Part shown: in pieces, positions 59,914-64,000 of the stretch
Layout of the letters: the number at the start of each line of letters is the position of its first letter
Numbering within the stretch: position 1 is the first letter of the stretch
NCBI GenBank assembly: GCA_963664295.1
Contig: OY760935.1
Span: forward strand, 832,001-896,000
Reading direction: 5' to 3'
Source of the DNA: Candidatus Altimarinota bacterium
Lineage (GTDB): Bacteria; Patescibacteriota; Gracilibacteria; CAIRYL01; GCA-016699755
DNA: 64,000 nt
Made by a program: the position numbers and the translations under genes
Notes under the pieces: model-generated
Told to the model about the DNA's origin: nothing
Database searches by the model: none
Seen by the model: the letters and a program-made list of their open reading frames with translations, nothing else

Positions 59914-59984
59914 ATTTAATTTTAAATTCTGAACATTACTTTTAGGGAATTTTTCCCTTGAAATAGCTTTTATCACATAATTCA

Positions 59985-62900
59985 ATGCAGCAATTTTCAA
60001 AACCGCAACAAGCAAACTTTTCTGCAATCGCACTGCGTATTGCTTCACCAGAGCAAATTCGCTCTTGGTCTAGTGGTGAAGTGACAAAACCAGAAACAAT
60101 CAATTACCGCACTCAAAAACCAGAATTAGATGGACTTTTTTGTGCGAGAATTTTTGGACCTACCAAGAACTGGGAATGTTATTGTGGAAAATATAAAAGA
60201 ATTCGCTACAAAGGCGTTGTTTGTGAAAAATGTGGAGTAGAGGTCACTCGCTCTGTTGTTCGCCGTGAACGCATGGGTCATATTTCCCTTGCTGTTCCTG
60301 TCACTCATGTTTGGTATCTCAGATCAACTCCTTCTCGAATTGGTCTTTTATTGGACAAACCTGTAAAACCACTTGAACAAGTAGTTTATTTTGCTTCTTA
60401 TATTATTATTTCTGTTGACCAAAAAGCTAAAGAAGAATCTTTGGAGCAACTTGATGCCGACTATAAAAAATACAAAAAACAAGCACAAGATGAAGCAGGC
60501 AAAGAAATTAATAAAATGAAAGCACTTTTGCGTGACAAAAAAATCAAACAAAAAGATTTAGATAAATTTGAAGCAGAACAAGCAACAAAATTAGAAGAGC
60601 TAAACAATGTTCACTCTGAAGCAAAAAAAGACTTACAAAGTTTGGAAGAAGGCAATATTCTTTCTGAAATAGAATATAGAGAATTAAACATGAAATTTGG
60701 TCATGTTTTCACAGCTGGCACAGGTGCTGAATCTCTTCGTATTATTCTTGAAAAAGTTGATCTTGATAAAGAAATTCAAATATTAGAAAAACAGAAAAAA
60801 ACTGCTGTTGGTCAACGCCAAAAGAAAATAATGAAAAGAATTCGCCTTATGCTTTCCTTAAAAAAGGCCGAAATAAGACCCGAATGGACTATTATGGCAG
60901 AATTGCCAATTATTCCACCAGACTTAAGACCAATGGTACAACTTGATGGTGGTCGTTTTGCAGCTTCCGATCTAAATGATTTATATAGAAGAATTATTAA
61001 CAGAAATAACCGTCTAAAAAGACTAATGAGTATTGGTGCTCCAGAGGTTATCTGTCGTAACGAAAAAAGAATGCTTCAAGAAGCAGTAGATACACTAATT
61101 AACAATTCCCCAAGAGCAGGAAGAGCTGTATTTACAGCTGGTGAACGCAAAAAACTACGCTCACTCTCTGATATGCTTAAAGGTAAACAAGGTCGCTTCC
61201 GTCAAAATCTACTTGGTAAACGTGTGGACTATTCTGGTCGTTCTGTGATTGTAGTTGGTCCTCAGTTAAAATTAAATCAATGTGGTTTGCCTAAAAAAAT
61301 GGCTATGAAATTGTTTAAACCATTTGTAATTGGAGAGCTTATTCGTCAAGAATATGCTTATAATGTAAAAGGTGCAGAAAGATTTATAAATTCAGACAAA
61401 AAAGTAGTTTGGGATATTTTAGAAGAAATCACAAAAGATAAATATGTACTTCTAAATCGTGCTCCAACATTGCACAGACTTGGTATTCAAGCTTTTGCTC
61501 CAACCTTAATCGAAGGTAAGGCTATCCAAATTCATCCTCTTGTTTGTGCCGCTTTTAATGCGGATTTCGATGGTGACCAGATGGCTGTTCATCTTCCTCT
61601 TTCTGACGAAGCACAATGGGAAGCAAGGGAAATCATTGCTTCTAACAAAAACCTTCTTAAGCCATCTTCTGGTGGACCAATTGTTTCTCCTACCTTAGAT
61701 ATGGTTTTGGGTTGTTATTTCCTAACCCAAATGCACGAAGGCAAACAAGGAGAAGGTATGGTTTTTGCCGACCTATCAGAAGCTATCAATGCTTATAGAA
61801 TGGGCATTGTGGATTTGCAAGCAAAAGTTAAAATCAGAATTAACGGAGAAATTCGAGAAACAACAGTTGGTAGAGGTATTTTTAACTCATTCGTACCTAA
61901 GCAAATGCCGTATCAAAATGAAACAATGCGCAAAAAAGCTCTTGAAAACTTGCTTTCCGACATTTTTGCCACTACTGATACTGACACAACAGCTCGCTTT
62001 GCTGATCAAGTTAAAAGAATTGGCTTTAAATTTGCAACTAAATCAGGTCTTAGTATCGCAGCTAGTGATATGCTCATTCCGGGCAAAAAGGAAGAAATTA
62101 TCAATGAAGCTGATGAAAAAGTTCGCAGAATTAACAATCAATATTGGAAAGGCTTTATTACAGAACACGAACGCTATATGCACGCTATTAACATTTGGTC
62201 AGAAACCAAAACAAGCATTACCAATGTGATGGTTGACCAATTTAAAGAACAAGAAGAAAACGATATTTTCTATACTGTAGATTCTGGTGCTCGTGGTAAT
62301 TGGGGTCAGATTACACAGCTTTGTGGAATGAAAGGCTTAGTTGCTAATCCAGGTGGTAAAACTATTGAATTGCCTATTAAATCTAACTTAAAAGAAGGAT
62401 TTACAATTCTTGAGTACTTTATTGCTACTCATGGTGGTCGTAAAGGTAAATCAGATACTGCACTTAAAACAGCGGAAGCTGGTTATCTTACTCGTCGTCT
62501 TGTTGACGCAGTTCAAGACATTATCATCAAAGAACAAGACTGTGGCTCAACCCATGAACACATTATCAATAGAGCAGAAAGTAAAACTATTGGTGAAAGA
62601 TTTGCAAAAAGAATTTTTGGCAGAACACTTTCATCTGACTTAATAGACTCAAAAACAGGAGAAGTTATTGGCGTGCGTAATGACATGATTGGCAAAGATC
62701 TTCTTGCTGAAATAGAAGCAAGACAAATAGCTGAAGTAAAAGTGCGCTCAGTTATGACTTGCCAAACAGAAAACGGAATTTGTCAAAAATGTTATGGATT
62801 TGATCTTGGTAGCAACAAAGAGGTAGAAATAGGTACTCCAGTTGGCATTATAGCAGCTCAATCCATTGGTGAGCCTGGTACTCAGTTAACCATGCGTACT

Positions 62901-63821
62901 TTCCATATGGGTGGTGTTGCCGAAGGAACAGATATTACTCAAGGTTTAACTAGAGTAGAAGAATTATTTGAAGCCAGAGCTCCAAAAACTCCTGCTACTC
63001 TTTCTGAAATTAACGGTAAATTGTCAATTGAACATGTTGAAAACGAAACAATTGTTCATATTTTTGCCGAAAACCTAGAAATAGATACCTACCAAGCTGA
63101 CTACAATGCTAAGATCCTTGTTAAAGAAGGCGATAAAGTCACTCAAAATCAAATCTTGATCAAAGGTCAAAGCATTACTCGTGCAAAAAACCCAGGAATA
63201 ATAAAAGAAATAATTGATAACGATAAAGTCTTGGTTAAACATTCTGAATATGCAAAAAAAGATTATACATTCAAGCCTGGAGAAACACTGTTAGTAGAAG
63301 ATGGACAATATGTTAAAAAAGGTGATCCTCTCAATGCAGGACACTTTAACTTGCGTGATTTACTAGAAATGACTGAAACATATACAGTGCAAAAATATCT
63401 CATGAGCGAAGTGCAAACAATCTATGCTTCTCAAGGTCAAACTATCAACGATAAACATATTGAAATTATTGTTAAACAAATGTTCTCTAAGGTTCGTATT
63501 ATTGATCCTCGCGATGTTGAAGAGCTTTTGCCTGGAGAAGTTGTAGATATTCAAAAAATTATTAAACTTAATCAAGGCAAAGGTCGTCCTGCAATTTACG
63601 AAAGACTCCTTCTCGGCCTTACTCGTATTGCACTTGCTACAGAATCATGGCTTTCTGCTGCTTCATTCCAAGAAACAATCAGAGTATTAGTTGAAGCCTC
63701 TACAACTGGTAAAATCGACGAACTTGAAGGCCTCAAAGAAAATGTTATTATTGGGCGCTTAATCCCAGCAGGCCATATCTACCGCAAAAAATTCTATGAA
63801 AAACAAGCTGAAGAACAATAA
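59985..63821 (+). CDS. rpoC: RNA polymerase beta' subunit
   Basis: CxCGKY zinc finger, GKRVDYSGRS, NADFDGD, GEPGTQLTMRTFH. Confidence 0.99.
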   Translation: MQQFSKPQQANFSAIALRIASPEQIRSWSSGEVTKPETINYRTQKPELDGLFCARIFGPTKNWECYCGKYKRIRYKGVVCEKCGVEVTRSVVRRERMGHISLAVPVTHVWYLRSTPSRIGLLLDKPVKPLEQVVYFASYIIISVDQKAKEESLEQLDADYKKYKKQAQDEAGKEINKMKALLRDKKIKQKDLDKFEAEQATKLEELNNVHSEAKKDLQSLEEGNILSEIEYRELNMKFGHVFTAGTGAESLRIILEKVDLDKEIQILEKQKKTAVGQRQKKIMKRIRLMLSLKKAEIRPEWTIMAELPIIPPDLRPMVQLDGGRFAASDLNDLYRRIINRNNRLKRLMSIGAPEVICRNEKRMLQEAVDTLINNSPRAGRAVFTAGERKKLRSLSDMLKGKQGRFRQNLLGKRVDYSGRSVIVVGPQLKLNQCGLPKKMAMKLFKPFVIGELIRQEYAYNVKGAERFINSDKKVVWDILEEITKDKYVLLNRAPTLHRLGIQAFAPTLIEGKAIQIHPLVCAAFNADFDGDQMAVHLPLSDEAQWEAREIIASNKNLLKPSSGGPIVSPTLDMVLGCYFLTQMHEGKQGEGMVFADLSEAINAYRMGIVDLQAKVKIRINGEIRETTVGRGIFNSFVPKQMPYQNETMRKKALENLLSDIFATTDTDTTARFADQVKRIGFKFATKSGLSIAASDMLIPGKKEEIINEADEKVRRINNQYWKGFITEHERYMHAINIWSETKTSITNVMVDQFKEQEENDIFYTVDSGARGNWGQITQLCGMKGLVANPGGKTIELPIKSNLKEGFTILEYFIATHGGRKGKSDTALKTAEAGYLTRRLVDAVQDIIIKEQDCGSTHEHIINRAESKTIGERFAKRIFGRTLSSDLIDSKTGEVIGVRNDMIGKDLLAEIEARQIAEVKVRSVMTCQTENGICQKCYGFDLGSNKEVEIGTPVGIIAAQSIGEPGTQLTMRTFHMGGVAEGTDITQGLTRVEELFEARAPKTPATLSEINGKLSIEHVENETIVHIFAENLEIDTYQADYNAKILVKEGDKVTQNQILIKGQSITRAKNPGIIKEIIDNDKVLVKHSEYAKKDYTFKPGETLLVEDGQYVKKGDPLNAGHFNLRDLLEMTETYTVQKYLMSEVQTIYASQGQTINDKHIEIIVKQMFSKVRIIDPRDVEELLPGEVVDIQKIIKLNQGKGRPAIYERLLLGLTRIALATESWLSAASFQETIRVLVEASTTGKIDELEGLKENVIIGRLIPAGHIYRKKFYEKQAEEQ

Positions 63822-63892
63822 AGGCTTGCCAAAATTTAAAAAATTTGTAAAAATCTCCTAGCGCTCTTATTTTTCTATAATAATTAGTAATT

Positions 63893-64000
63893 ATGCCAAC
63901 AATTAACCAATTAATTCGCAAACCAAGAAAACAGGTGACTAAAAAATCAAAATCACCTGCAATGCAACATACTTTCAATTCTTTAAAAACCCAAGCTGTT
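63893..64000 (+). CDS. rpsL: 30S ribosomal protein S12, N-terminal part (runs off window)
   Basis: MPTINQLIRKPRK...KSKSPA; follows rpoC. Confidence 0.93.
   Translation, partial: MPTINQLIRKPRKQVTKKSKSPAMQHTFNSLKTQAV

Noticed and set aside
56081-63978. Short alternative-frame and antisense ORFs within rpoB, rpoC and rpsL
   Set aside because: They overlap highly conserved genes and have no motifs of their own.

Overview
AT-rich bacterial chromosomal segment using the standard genetic code (TGA is a stop in leuS, aroC, ftsW, tgt). It is most likely from a Patescibacteria/CPR organism with relatively rich biosynthesis (Gracilibacteria/Peregrinibacteria-like). This is an inference from compact gene packing, absent Shine-Dalgarno motifs, tRNA-Arg(UCG), a membrane-anchored Clp ATPase and many orphans. 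Housekeeping genes: leuS (partial), secF, nadB, nadE, aroC, transketolase N-half, gpmA, dus, ftsW-murG, yhhQ-tgt, uvrD/pcrA, purL, purD, rsmI, rpoB-ssb-rpoC and rpsL (partial), plus three tRNAs. Most notable: (1) a ~6.9 kb integrase-less islet encoding a HEXXH-vWA protein and a 1242-aa repeat/coiled-coil AAA+ ATPase, bounded by a perfect 55-bp direct repeat equal to the 3' end of the neighbouring gene; (2) a peroxiredoxin flanked by 54-bp direct repeats resembling the tRNA-Met 3' end; (3) a CstR-like repressor plus TsoY-like membrane protein with a clear operator; (4) an ssb gene between rpoB and rpoC; (5) a Chlamydia-type queuine-salvage yhhQ-tgt pair; (6) tandem paralogs sharing a 126-bp identical block; (7) a gene interrupted by a single in-frame TGA. 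No CRISPR array, rRNA, transposase or integrase was seen.
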